64,000 bases of DNA, taken from assembly GCF_026210795.1 (NCBI RefSeq), contig NC_089433.1, positions 3,720,001 through 3,784,000 on the forward strand, written 5' to 3'. Within the stretch, counting starts at the first letter, position 1; each line of letters opens with the position of its first letter. Below are positions 13,766-26,328 of this stretch, in pieces. Origin of the DNA: Rhizophagus irregularis (Eukaryota). Below the pieces are notes generated by a model. That model saw only the letters and a program-made list of their open reading frames with translations, had not been told where the DNA came from and made no database searches. The translations under genes and the position numbers were made by a program.

Positions 13766-15271
13766 ATGTCTACCGAACTGTTTTCTAAATTATTAAGCCA
13801 AAATTATATTGAACTACTAAAAGATAATGAATATTATGATAATACAATTGAAGTCGGTGAAGACCCTAATGTAAAAATATTTCGTGCTCATATGAATATT
13901 TTATGTTATCGTTCTCCATATTTACGAAGAACTTTGGCTTCTAATAAAAAGAATGTCAATGATGTTTTATCGCATATTAAATTACCAAATATATCACCGG
14001 ACATTTTTCGAATTATTTTAAGGTAAATTTTGTTTATTTCACGATCGAATTTAAATTTAATTCCCTAATTTTAAAATTTTTAATATAGGTATATTTATGG
14101 TGGTATTCTTTCATTAAACGGACAAGAAACTTCAGATATTTTAAAAATATTGATAGCTGCAGAAGTGCTTCATCTTCAAGAACTGGTTGATTATTTACAA
14201 AAATGTTTAATTGAAAATAATTCCGAATGGTTAGAACAACATTTTGAACTTATTCATCGAACGAGCTTTCAATCCAATTCTTTATCAGAACTTCAACAAT
14301 TTTGCACAAATTTGATGGCTGAATCTCCTGAGAAAGTATTTAAATCGTTTGATTTTACTTCACTTTCTGAAAATTCTTTAACTTCGCTTATTAAAAAGGA
14401 TGATTTACAAATGAGAGAAATTGATGTATGGGAATATGTGTTAAAATGGGGTCTTGCACAAAACCCAACTCTTGTTTCAGATTCTAAGAGTTGGTCAGAT
14501 GATGATTTCAAAACAATGAAAAATACTCTACAAAATTGTTTGCCCTTAATTAGATTTTTTAGTTTATCATCTATTGAATTCTCGCAAAAAGTTCGTCCAT
14601 ATCAAAAACTTTTAAGCCAACAACTATATGATGACCTATTAGATTCCTATTTGAATCCTAATGTTATATCAACCGATAATATTTTACTTCCTAGAAATAT
14701 TAGAATGGATAAAATTATTGATTCAAAAATAGTTAATTTAAATATAGTTTCAGTTATTTCAAGAAGAATTGATAAAATTGAAACTGGTTATAATAGCAAT
14801 TTTGCTCGTATTAGAGAATTACATTTACCATACAAATTTAAATTATTATTAAGAGGAAGTAGAGATAGATTTACTCCTGATAAATTTCATGAATTATGTG
14901 ATGATATATCTAATACTGTTACATTCATTAAAGTAAAAGGGGAAAATGAAATTATTGGTGGATATAATCCTTTAAAATGGATATCTTCAAGTCTATCTTG
15001 GCATAAAACTGATGAAAGTTTTATTTTTTCTTTTAACAATAAGGATATTAATAATGCAATAATTAGTGATATAGAAAATACAAATTTTGCATTGTATAAT
15101 AACTATCAATATGGTCCACATTTTGGCGATATTACTATATATAGTTCTAATCGATCTTCAGATTATAATAATATTTACTATAAAAAGCAAAATTATAAAA
15201 AGAGGATAAGAGATTCTGAAAGTAATTTTTATATAGAAGATTACGAAGTATTTCAAATCGTAAAGTGCTAG
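13766..15271 (+). CDS. BTB/POZ-BACK-TLDc protein (copy 3)
   Basis: Exons 13766-14022 and 14089-15271, GT-AG intron. All family motifs intact. Confidence 0.92.
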
Positions 15272-17877
15272 TTTTATGAGACAAATAAATTCCTATTATC
15301 ATAAGAATTCGATGAATATTTTAATTAGAGGAACGTATTCCGGTATTCGTATTATTTTGAATTTTTGTTTTTTTTTACAATTAAGACATTATTGGAATAA
15401 TCCCATACGGATATTGATTAACACTTACAAATCTTTTTCTTATGAAAATTTTTAGCATATAATTTCATTTATATAGTAAAGTAAACTACTTTTTTAAAAT
15501 AAATAATCAATTTTTTTTTAAATCTAAAGTAACAAATGAACAATTCGTTTCTTCGTATTAAATTAATTTTCAACTCATAAAGAAATTGATTTAATTCAAG
15601 TACTTTGAATTTAAAATTGGTTGCAAATTAGCAAGATTTTTATGTTCGTAAAGCATTTCAACTGTTTGGAATTCGTAATAAACCTTTGTTGAATTAATTG
15701 AGAATTAATCAAACTGTGAAATCAGAATAGTTGATCCAAGATTTACTCACAAATTATAACATATAATATACCCCTCTGGCCAACATTATGCACTGATACG
15801 TGATATCGCTTTGGCCAAATTTTCCTTAATTCTGGCCATGGAGGTATTTAGTTATTACAACTAACTAAAAAGTAATGACACATCGAGCAAAAAGAAAAGA
15901 GTAAGACAAAAAGAAAATCACGGGTTCGGAAAAAAAATAACCAAATTCCAATTCTGGAAACGACTCAGAACAATGATGACGTCATGAAAATCCGTGACCT
16001 AATTTTTACGAGATGATTCGTTACATCAAACATTTAAGTATTAAACGACAAAAAAAAATACCAAACCGTTAAGGCTAGTATCAATCTCCTTAGATATCAA
16101 ATAGAATGTTTTGTTAATGCGTTAGTTATGTAATAAATAATCAAGTGATATAGGAAGTTGATATAGTCAATAAATTTAGAAGAAGTTTGTTAAAGGAACA
16201 ACCACCGAGAGTGGTATTGCAACCTATAAATTTATACTACACCGGATGAAGTTGCTGATATTGTAAGAAAAAACAGAAACTTTCCACAAAACATTGCGAA
16301 TGGTGTAACAAAAACTACTATAACCAAAGATATTTTAGGAAAACCACTTGTTCTTTTCAGAATGGAACAATGAAGTATCGAAGAGTTCGCAAGGAAGACA
16401 GAGAAACTTGTATCTGTCCTACTACCGAACAACAAAGATGAAGATAAAGGTGACGGAAATAAAACAGTAGAAAATAAACAAGTCGTATTTGCTGAAGACA
16501 GAATTTGGTCTCACGTACTGTCATTTGCAAGAACAACGAAGTAACGACGACGAATTCATCTTTTGTAGAGGATACGATTTCAGAAAAGAGTACGGACAGA
16601 GAAAGAATCAAAAAAGTAAGGTATTCTTATGAAAGAAGAATTTAAAGAATATACGGAAACTAACGCAGAGTGTTCTGCTAGACTTCCAAAAATAATAAAG
16701 AAGAGGAAGACAAAAATGTTCTTAACAAACGCGATAAGGTTATTAATAAGGATGTACAGGTATTAAAATGTTGCTGCTGATGACGTACCAATATATAATG
16801 TAAACAATAGACTTTCATGACATTCGTAGTTTATAATTGTTAAAAATTTTTTATTTTTATTTTTCAAGGATTAGTATTAGTAGTCTTTTTATATTTATAC
16901 TAGGAAACAGGAACTGTTGGAACGTCCAAAGCGTTATAATCACATGATCATCAATTACATATTACAAAAAATTAAAATCGTCTACAAAAAATATGTATTG
17001 CTAAAGTTAAAGAAAAATGTATAGTTAAAAATGTATCATTGCTAAGTTATAGTTAAAAATGTTAAAAATGTATAAGCTAAATAATCCAGTGTTCGGAAAT
17101 GACCTGGTCATTTGACCATTTTTCGGATTAGGAGGCATTTGGTCAAATGACACCCCATCATTTGGCATTTGGCATTTGAATTATTCGTGAAATGACAAAT
17201 GCCAAATGATTGGGTATCATTTGAATGTCATTTGCGTCCTTTGTCATTTGGTCATTTGTCATTAAAATATTTAAAGATTATTGGACAATTTATAATCACG
17301 TGATGTATAAAAAGGAAGGACGTAATCGAAATAATCACAAACAGAATCAATTTCACAAAATTATTTATTTTTTACTGTAATCTGAAAATAATAAATAATA
17401 CAACCATAATTATTAAAGTGATAATAATATCTGATATGTTATTTATTATATATAATTTTATTATATAATTATATGCATAAATAAATGTTATGGCCATCTT
17501 ATGATTAAATAAAGACAACAATTATATATATGGGATCCACTACATGTGTTACAATTAAATATTTTATTGCATAATTAATTAACTTTTATCTGTATGGATA
17601 AAATGATCATTAGTGAAATAATTATAAGTGAAATAATCCTGTCTATAATAATTTATTTATTTATTTATTTATTTTATGTGAAGACGGACAGACTATTAAC
17701 AGGACATATACGTAACCGTGCTATCCTACTTCTAGCTATCATCCCCCGAGGACGGACCCGAACTTCTTTAAATCCAACGAACCAGGATGATCCCCTCCCC
17801 TACCAGAAAGGAACCAATGAACCGAAAGAAAAAAAATGATAAAGGACACTAACTAAATATTAAGAAGTTGTGGCAAT

Positions 17878-20800
17878 CTACACATTATAAAAAGCAAAAT
17901 TAAAAGGACTATTATTAGTAATTATATTATTGAAAGAAAAAACTTCATCTAAATGTGAAAAGAAAGAACCACTATGTAAAAAATTGGATGACGAAAATAA
18001 AATGAATAAAAAATCTTTATCTAATTTAAAATTACGAAAATCATTAAAAGGATTAATATATCCACATTCCATATCTCTATTATTATCGATAACTACCGGC
18101 CTATTAAGGGCAGCTGCGGTTCTTTGATTGCGCGAGAAAATGTCCCGATATTTTGTAAAAGACTTTTTTGTGATTCCCCAGGCGTCCCTTAAAGTTTTCC
18201 ATTTCTGGTTGCGAGCTTTCCAAATATTAATTTTGATGAGGATACTACATTGGTGCATATAATGCATAATTAATTTAACAATGTGTTTCATAGTATTAAT
18301 ATGTGCTCGAAAAATCCCTAATAAATCATTGGAGATATATGATTTAAGAAGTAAAAAAGCCACAGGATGAATGGGTTCAGAACGATACGCCCATCTGAAT
18401 GTAGGAGAGTATTCGATTGAATCAGAAATTACTAGAGATAGTCTATCAGCGTGAGATTTCAACAGATCGATTAAAATGTCTCCCATTTGAATAAAAGAGG
18501 ATTTGATAAGTTCATAATTATCTGAACATTCCCATAAATGAATATTTGTTTCAACGTGGGTATGACATGATAGGCATAGTGTACGGTCTTTAATGAGTAG
18601 AGGGAAATTCCTATTCAATATGTCCAAGGTTGGTAACGTGAGCGTTGAACATCTGATTTTCCATTTTAGATCTTTAGTATGCAACAGTGAAGTGGTATCG
18701 TTACGGCCATTATAGTTAAACCATTTGCTGGATAATGCCCAATTAATTAGAAGATTTTTGGTGTCGTTCTTAATTGATTCCAAAGAAGCGTGATTGAGGT
18801 GATTATCTAAACGCCGATAATTCAGTATAGTACTGACACATTTACGAACGTCCTTATCCAGGGGTACTTCATTGTTCCAGTTTAAAGTGATAGTTTGGTT
18901 GGGTAAATGATCGTGTATGATTGTCGTTGGTATAGGTTGAGTGCGGCCTAATTTGGCTTGAATATCCGCAATGTCATTAAACTGGTTACCCGAGTGGGCT
19001 TTGACCTTCAAAAGTTTCACTTTCAATGATAACGATTTTATGATAAAATGGATTGATGACCAAAGTATGTTGTTGTTAATTTTGTTGAAGCGCCTCGGCG
19101 ATATGGTGTGTAAGTTTTTTGATTTATGAAACGAATCAATTGCTGCTTGTGAATCAGTATGAATGATAATTTTACCAAACTCCGGGCATACGACTAACGC
19201 CGTTAAAATAGCCATAGTTTCCGCCTTGGTTGATGAAGGAAAGAATTGTAAAGATCCATTATAGGTGATGTTACTATTGAATAAATTAGAAGTAGTCCAA
19301 CCATAGCCCATAGGAAAACCTGCTTGGGAATTAGTGGAATCATAAGAACCATCAGTAAAAAATTCTAAATCAATGAAGGGCGCGAGCGTAATAGCTATAT
19401 CTTGTAAATCTTCTGATATCTTAAGATCATCAAATAATTTCGTAATTAGATCCATGTTGCGTAAAGTATTTGGAACATTAGAATTATCTTGAATAGGGAG
19501 ATTAATGGGTCGAAAATTCACAGTAGAGTTATAACCTCTTTGGATTAAATGATCATTAAACGCCATAAGGCGATAGTTAGGATGACTATATTTAAGTAAT
19601 TGAAAGTCTTTGATCGGAACGTTAGGACGAGGAAAGAGGTCTTCTTTTTTCTTTTTGGGTAATGCTTCAAGAAGAATCAAGTCTTTATGCTTAACTTGAA
19701 TAATGCATTTTGGTCTCATGTCTCCGACATAATAAGAGAAATGTTGAGCACAACCTTGACAACGAATCAAAATATTGGGAGTTGAACGAGGTGAAGTGTG
19801 GAGTGAAGACGCCGATATATCTTTATGAATCCAATGTTCCATATAAGAGACTGGACAACAATTAGGAAAGTTGTTGGTACTAAGAAGTTTTCCATAGACG
19901 ATATCTGAAAGATGCGGTATCCAAGATGTTACCCATTGTTGAGATCTTTTTGGGTGATGTAAAGTGTTACCATCGATCGGAGGCGTGGGAGGATGTGGTG
20001 CCATAGGGTTTTGAATGATCGGTTTATCTAGATCGAAGATAAGTCTTCCTTGGTTATTGATGGTGATATTGTTTTTTAGAAAAGTGTACCAACGGGGTAT
20101 CTTGCCTCCTTTGTGCTGGAGATTTTTCTTTATAGTATTATAGTCTTCCAGGAACGCGTTATCTTTCGTTATGATGTGGTCTAAGAACATGATTCCTTTG
20201 TTTTTAAGGCTGTTCAAATGGGCAAAAAGAAATTTTTTGTCTATGACAAAATGTGCTAGTGGGTAAGAACCTCCTTTTGTAACAAATTTAAAATTAGTTG
20301 ATAAAGAAAGATTATAAAATTTAAAGAAAGTAAGTAAAGATTCTATTCTAGAAAAACAATTTAACGGTTTATCAAATAAATCAAAAAAATTAATAAGAGA
20401 ATCAGGTAAAAAAAATTTTTGTTGACATAATAAAAAAAGAAATTTTAAAGTATTAGAAGTATGTGGATTGTTTGCTTGTGCGACCAATAAAGAAGATTGA
20501 ACCTTTAATTGATGGTCAAAAAAATTAATTATATGGGGATAAATGTTACTATGTAAAACTGAATTAAAAATACTTTTGGGAAGGTTAAGGGTTTGTTTAA
20601 TAACAGAGCGTAGAGAGATATTAATTTTGTTACATTGGTTGATTGAAAGCATAAAATGCTGTGACAGATATTCTATTCGCGGTATAATAACTTTGTTAAT
20701 CACGTAAATCACGTGATCATGAGTAAGTTTTTTCTTCCTGATAAGCATGGTAACGTAATTGATTGTATTGAAAATTTTCTTAGTACTTGTTTTGTGAAAA

Positions 20801-23800
20801 TCATCCGGATTGAAATAAACTCCCAAAATTCGTGCAGCTTTATACTTAGCTAATAAAGGCACTTTAATTACAGAACCAAATTCAATATCTATATGAGTTG
20901 GTGATGAAGAAGCACCGTTTTTTATTATTTTCTTTGCATGTTTGTTAGCCAAGATGACGGTCTTTTCTTTGTTAATGTGAATATTAGCTAATTCATAAAA
21001 ACTATGTGCGATTTTCAAATTTTCTATAAGGTTGGGTAGTTGTTCTGCCAACCATGTCGTATCGTCCAAGTATCCTAGCACTTTGTGAGATAATAATTCT
21101 TTAATTTCATCATTGTCGTCCGATTGAGACGCATTTTTAGGAAAGAAACAAGTGCGTGGTATTGTTGAAGTATATTCTATTCCTGGAAATCTAGAGGAAT
21201 TAATCGCCTCAAACATTGGGTCGTAGTAAATGACCCACAATAGCGGACATATCGAGTCACCTTGGTCTATACCATTAATAACGTCGTAGGGATCACCAAT
21301 CCAATCCTCAAATATTACATAATTCGATCTATTAGTGAAAAGATTTAAGATGAAGGCGATGATATTTGGCGGGAGACAAATTCTCTCTAGCGCCTTGTTT
21401 AAAAGAGGAATATCTACTCTGTCATATGCTTTTGATAAATCTTGAATCATGATAAATAATGGCTTCTTGAGATTGGTTGCTGCTGTTATGGTTGCTTGTA
21501 TATTGAAAATAATTTCCATGCATGAAGAACCTTGTATTCCAGCTCTGTTATTGTGCTGTAGGACGTTATTTTGACTGATAAATTTATTGAGGCGTGCATT
21601 AATCAGCTTTGTTAAAATTTTCCGGAACGTGTCTAATAATACTATCGGGCGAGTATATCTAATGTCGTTATCCCACCATTGGGGTTTTGGTATTGGATAA
21701 AGTAGAGCTTGTTGCCAACTATCGGAATAACATTATGTGATAGAGAGAAGTTAAAAAGGTATAAGATTTCTTTAAGAAAATTTGTAGGAAATTTTTTGAT
21801 TATCTCGTAATTAACTTTAGATAAACCCGGTGCTTTGTTATTAGGTAAGGTTTTGATAATCTCACATAGTTCATCCATATGAATTTCAATAGCTAATGAT
21901 TCAATTTCATCAACTGATATATTTGTACGGGGTTGATAAAAAGTTTTCCAATAATCGTCAAAACCAACTGTTGGATCATATTTTGAATTACTTGTAAAAG
22001 ATGACCCTATATATTGAAAATGGTTATTAGTTATTTCTGTGATCTTATTTCGATCATTGGAGAATTTAACTTCGCCGTTATCTGTATATTTGATGCGATC
22101 TAATGTTATTTTTCTTGGGTGACGTTCCAAAATTGAATTTAACATTCTTTTGTTATTTGTTTTAATGTCATCATCTCTTCTATCAATGAATTTTTTGATT
22201 TGTTCTGAATCCCATGCTGAACGATCCAAAAGCAATTGTTTATTAATCGCCGTTTCTAATTGATTAATAAAGGATAGAATTCTTTCAAGCTCTACTACCG
22301 TGTCCAAAATTAAAGGAAGAGGTTGAATGGGAACAATGTTATTAAATTGCAATAATTTCGATAACCACTTTCTTTTATATTTCCAATGTTTATCGAAAAT
22401 TTCAAGTATTTCTTTGAGATCAATATTATCGCTCTCATTTTGATTAAGTGTGTTGTTAACGTTTATAAAGTTATTCCTATTTTCAATTATAGATACTTTG
22501 TCGCGTAGATATCTTTTTAGAGATGCAAGTTGATATAGTTGATTGAATTGACGTCTGATGTGTAACGGAAGGATATTTCTTTTAGGGGCTCCACATTTGT
22601 ATTTTTGAACATCAGCTAAGTTTAAAGCCTCTTCTATATCTTTTAAGATTCTTTTCATACGTTCATTGATGAAATTTTGAGATGAACGGAAAGAGATGGA
22701 AGTATCTTTTGAATAATCTTCATAAGTTGGATAAGCGTTTTTATTAATTTCTATCTGAAAAGTATTCCATTGATCCACATCCATGTCCTTTATTTTATAT
22801 TGTTGTTCGTGGGACGGTAAGTCACGTGATAAATTATAATATTTTTGGTTTTTGGATAAGTTAGCGTTAGGATGATCAATACTTGTAAGAAGCAATCTAT
22901 GGTCTGAAGAATAATAACTAGTATTAGTATTAAAAATATTAAATTCTGTAACTTTGTTACATAAATTTTTGGAACCAAAGATATAATCAATCCTTGAAGG
23001 TATTTTTGATGCATCATTAGAATAATGAGTAGGCGTAATTTTATGACCAAATTTTTCTCCTATATGAACCATGTCAAATTTCTGAAGAATTAATTCCATG
23101 GCCCTATGTATATTGTTAAGGATATAGCTTTTTGAGTAATCATCAATTTTGTTTTTGCCACGCGAAGAAGAGGTGTTATTATTTAGGTTATTGATGTTGA
23201 AATCTCCTAATATTAGGGTCACGTGATTTGTTTTGTTTGGCTGTTGATTTAATTTCTCAAAAAGATTATTGATAATATCAATATATGTTTCTTTATGTGC
23301 ATGATTACATTCAGGTAAATAAATGGAATGTGTATAAATCTTTGTTTTGTTCTTAAAATTAAAAGTTGTAGAAATGTAACGTCCTTGTGTTTGAATAATG
23401 GTACTTTCCAAATGATTATGTAGTTGTTCACTGATGATTAGTCTAGATCTGCTACCACGTTTTTCTTTGTCGGGATTGTTGATAATAAAAAAGAATTTAC
23501 TAAAATTATTATTAAAAGGGACCTGATATTTTAAATGTGCTTTCGATTTGCTGATGTCAAAATTGTTATCTCGTTCGTTAGTTTCACAAACATGTAAGAA
23601 ATCAATCTTGTTAACAACCATTAATTCAATGATCTTGTCTTTTTTTGATTGGAAACCTCCTTGTATATTGTGTGTAGCGAAAATTATTTGTTTATAATCA
23701 GAAATTATATCTAAGTAATTGTGAAAAGTTAATTGAGAATTTTGATGATCTGTGGAAATAAAGTTACTGTTTACTTCGTTATTCGAAGTTGAAGAAGAAG

Positions 23801-24065
23801 AAGGAGAAGTAATATTATATATATTATTAGATTTTTTTGGTTTTTCTAAAGGATTTTGTAAATTTTTTTCCGGATTTTTTGGATTTTTTGTTTTTTTGTT
23901 AAATTTAATATTAAAAGAAGAAGAAATATTCGTAACCGTGTTTCGTAACCGTTGTAAAGTTTTCTTTGTGTTGTCCATCATTAGTCCACCCTGATATTTT
24001 GAGAGATATGTACTTGGTGATAAATAGACTATAAGTCTATTGGTTTTTTCGTTGGCCGTAGCCAA
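17878..24065 (-). CDS. LINE ORF2: AP endonuclease - reverse transcriptase - RNase H - CCHC, split by one 1-bp frameshift at ~21724
   Basis: APE motifs THNIQG, VCETN, LGDFN, SRIDYIF, SDH. RT motifs QDLSKAYDRV, GIDQGDSICPLLW, YLDD. RNase H motifs FTDGS, AETMA, HTDSQ, VKAHSG..ND.AD. C-terminal CLSC..H..EC. Restoring one base in ATT CC[N] GAT gives IPDSWQQALLYPIPKP..RPIVLL, which joins the two ORFs. First ATG is at 23981. Confidence 0.9.
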
Positions 24066-26328
24066 TCATATTACTGAATTTGCTTCCAATGGATGAAGTA
24101 ATAGTCGGATAACCACCTGTAGGTTGTGATGGGGTGTAATCAGGATCGGGGAAGATGTTACGTGTTTCGACCGTATTGGATGATTCGTAACCACTATTAG
24201 AACCATCAAAATCTTCATTATAATAAGATTGTTGTTGTTCCTCGGTAAAATTACCATGATGGGGATAAGAGTAGTTATTATCGCCGTATGCATTGGCGTC
24301 ATCCTGATTTAGCTGATTAAATAATCCACATCTTTCCATATTTTCTAGCATGGCAACAATTCTAGGAATGCCGCTGATGGTAACTTTCTGTTCAGTCATA
24401 TTATTATTGATAGCGGTCAATTGTTGGTTCAGGTTAGCCATATCTTTCTGGTGACGACGTTCTTGTTCCTGTAGAAGGCTGATGTTCTTTGTATGTTCTT
24501 TTTGTTTGATATTAAGAGCACCGACTTCTGAAGAGAGGTCCTTAATGATCGTTTCAAGATGTGTGATCTTTTTGATTAAATCATCATTAGAGGCATTGGA
24601 GTATTCCGGTTGCTTGCCTTTAGGTGTCGGCGATGGTTGATTTATATGCGCCGTTGGTTGTTCGTCCCAGTTATATAAGTTTTTATGTGGAGTTGCTTGT
24701 GGGCGACGTTGAAAGTTATTAGAGTGGTTGTTGTGATTCGGATTTTGTAATGTCCTTCTGTTCGTCCTTTCTTGATTATGCATTGGATCTGGATTGTATC
24801 TTTGATGTGATTGAGGACGGTTTCTATGTGATTTGGTTAATGATTTTATTTGATCATATGAGTTTTTGATATTATCTTTGAGGTTGTATGAGTTTGGACG
24901 TTTTATAAATTTTTTCCTGAATTTTCTTTCTTGATTATGGGGGATGATGGCATAGTCTTTTTCCGGGCAAAAAAATACATTGTGACCGTTAAGGCCACAG
25001 TAACCACAGGTGTCATTTAGATTGAAGTCGTTAGCTGGATATATGTGAAGTTTGAATTCCTGAAAGAGCGTGTCAAATTTGTTGTATGTGATGAAGTCTT
25101 GATCGCTAGTGTTGCAATAAATATTGGCAATTTTGTGTAGGGATACTGATTTGGTCGGTAAGAATTCAATAGATCTTGCTTTTAAATGATCAGTTAAAGG
25201 TAATAAATCCAATACTGTGGCATTTAGGGGGATTCCAGTAACTATATAAGTAGGATTGGTGCGTTCCTTGAAATTTGCTTTGTCTTCTTCTATAGGAGTT
25301 ATTCTAATGAGAAAATTTTCTATGAGTATGCCCCATTTATGTTGTGATAGTAGGTATTCTACCGCATTTGGCTTGTCAAAGGTGAGCGTAACTTTTTTAT
25401 ATGTGGGTGCTTTATAATTATATCTCAATTTTGGAGGTAAGTTACGAATGTTGATTCTTTTGTTGGGGATGAATTCTTTATAACTATCAATAGAGCTACT
25501 GGTAAAGTTGGCTATATGTTTGATAAGAAGGTTTATGTCGTAGTTGATAGGTACATTTAGAAGGTTGATTGAACGTGATTTCAATCTATCAATATTTTGT
25601 TCAATTAATTCATCTAGTTTTTCATTGGAGAAAATTTGAGGCACCGCGTTGTTGAGTAACGGTACGGGTTTTTCCTTGAGTTTATCAAAAGTTTCTTTTG
25701 TTCCAATCAAAATAGTAAAAAATTCTATGGTGGCTCTTTTTACTGGTCTATATGATATGATGTCGTGTTCTGTTAAAAAGGCATTTTTTAAGTCATTTAA
25801 AATTTCATTGTTTGATTTTTCTTTGTCGAAAATGTTCCTCATGAAGAATAATATATATTCAGTATTTGATCGTGAGTTATAATCCTTAAACAGCTCTAAT
25901 GTCTGCGAAGTTACATCATTGTTTACGTTGGAAGGAGTTTGTGAACTAGTAGATCCTTGTGTTGATACTGAATTTGTATGGTTGATCTGTTGATCTGTGT
26001 CCATTGCATCTTGGCTTGTAATGATTGGTGTAGTTGATACAACGGAATTCGTATCACGTGATGAGATGTCAATTTCCGAGGAAATTGGATGTTCGTCTGT
26101 AGTTTTTTCGTCGACATCCATATTGTTGTTATCGTCTGTGGAGGACGAAGGTAAAGAAGAGTTTTCAATTCTTTTTTGTTTTTTCTTTGTTTGAGCTGTT
26201 GGAGATACGTTTTGGTTTTGGCCGTAGGTTTCTGCGACCATTTCTTCGTCTGATAAATTGGTATGGTTGTCAAATTGTGTTTTTTGGTTATTTCGTTTAG
26301 CAGTTTTGGCGCGAGTGTTGTCAGCCAT
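24037..26328 (-). CDS. LINE ORF1 (gag-like nucleic-acid-binding protein), 763 aa
   Basis: Intact ORF upstream of ORF2. Zinc knuckle CGYCGLNGHNVFFC (C-x2-C-x4-H-x4-C) and a C-terminal heptad coiled-coil (DLIKKITHLETIIKDLSSEV..). Confidence 0.88.
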   Translation of the reverse strand: MADNTRAKTAKRNNQKTQFDNHTNLSDEEMVAETYGQNQNVSPTAQTKKKQKRIENSSLPSSSTDDNNNMDVDEKTTDEHPISSEIDISSRDTNSVVSTTPIITSQDAMDTDQQINHTNSVSTQGSTSSQTPSNVNNDVTSQTLELFKDYNSRSNTEYILFFMRNIFDKEKSNNEILNDLKNAFLTEHDIISYRPVKRATIEFFTILIGTKETFDKLKEKPVPLLNNAVPQIFSNEKLDELIEQNIDRLKSRSINLLNVPINYDINLLIKHIANFTSSSIDSYKEFIPNKRINIRNLPPKLRYNYKAPTYKKVTLTFDKPNAVEYLLSQHKWGILIENFLIRITPIEEDKANFKERTNPTYIVTGIPLNATVLDLLPLTDHLKARSIEFLPTKSVSLHKIANIYCNTSDQDFITYNKFDTLFQEFKLHIYPANDFNLNDTCGYCGLNGHNVFFCPEKDYAIIPHNQERKFRKKFIKRPNSYNLKDNIKNSYDQIKSLTKSHRNRPQSHQRYNPDPMHNQERTNRRTLQNPNHNNHSNNFQRRPQATPHKNLYNWDEQPTAHINQPSPTPKGKQPEYSNASNDDLIKKITHLETIIKDLSSEVGALNIKQKEHTKNISLLQEQERRHQKDMANLNQQLTAINNNMTEQKVTISGIPRIVAMLENMERCGLFNQLNQDDANAYGDNNYSYPHHGNFTEEQQQSYYNEDFDGSNSGYESSNTVETRNIFPDPDYTPSQPTGGYPTITSSIGSKFSNMIGYGQRKNQ

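Noticed and set aside
15770..15846. Small TA-flanked inverted repeat (TACCCCTCTGGCCA / TGGCCATGGAGGTA)
   Set aside because: Too short and mismatched to call a MITE without a genome search.
16180..16780. Purine-rich stretch that looks like decayed coding sequence on +
   Set aside because: Stops in frame and no recognisable motif. The - strand ORFs 16232 and 16357 look spurious.
17087..17270. CRISPR-like or iteron-like repeats (GTCATTT/AAATGAC)
   Set aside because: Irregularly spaced 7-mers in both orientations, mirrored at 26655-26759. They are transposon subterminal repeats.
21642..21730. Programmed ribosomal frameshift in ORF2
   Set aside because: No slippery heptamer, and the break falls inside a conserved motif. 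A 1-bp deletion or consensus error explains it.
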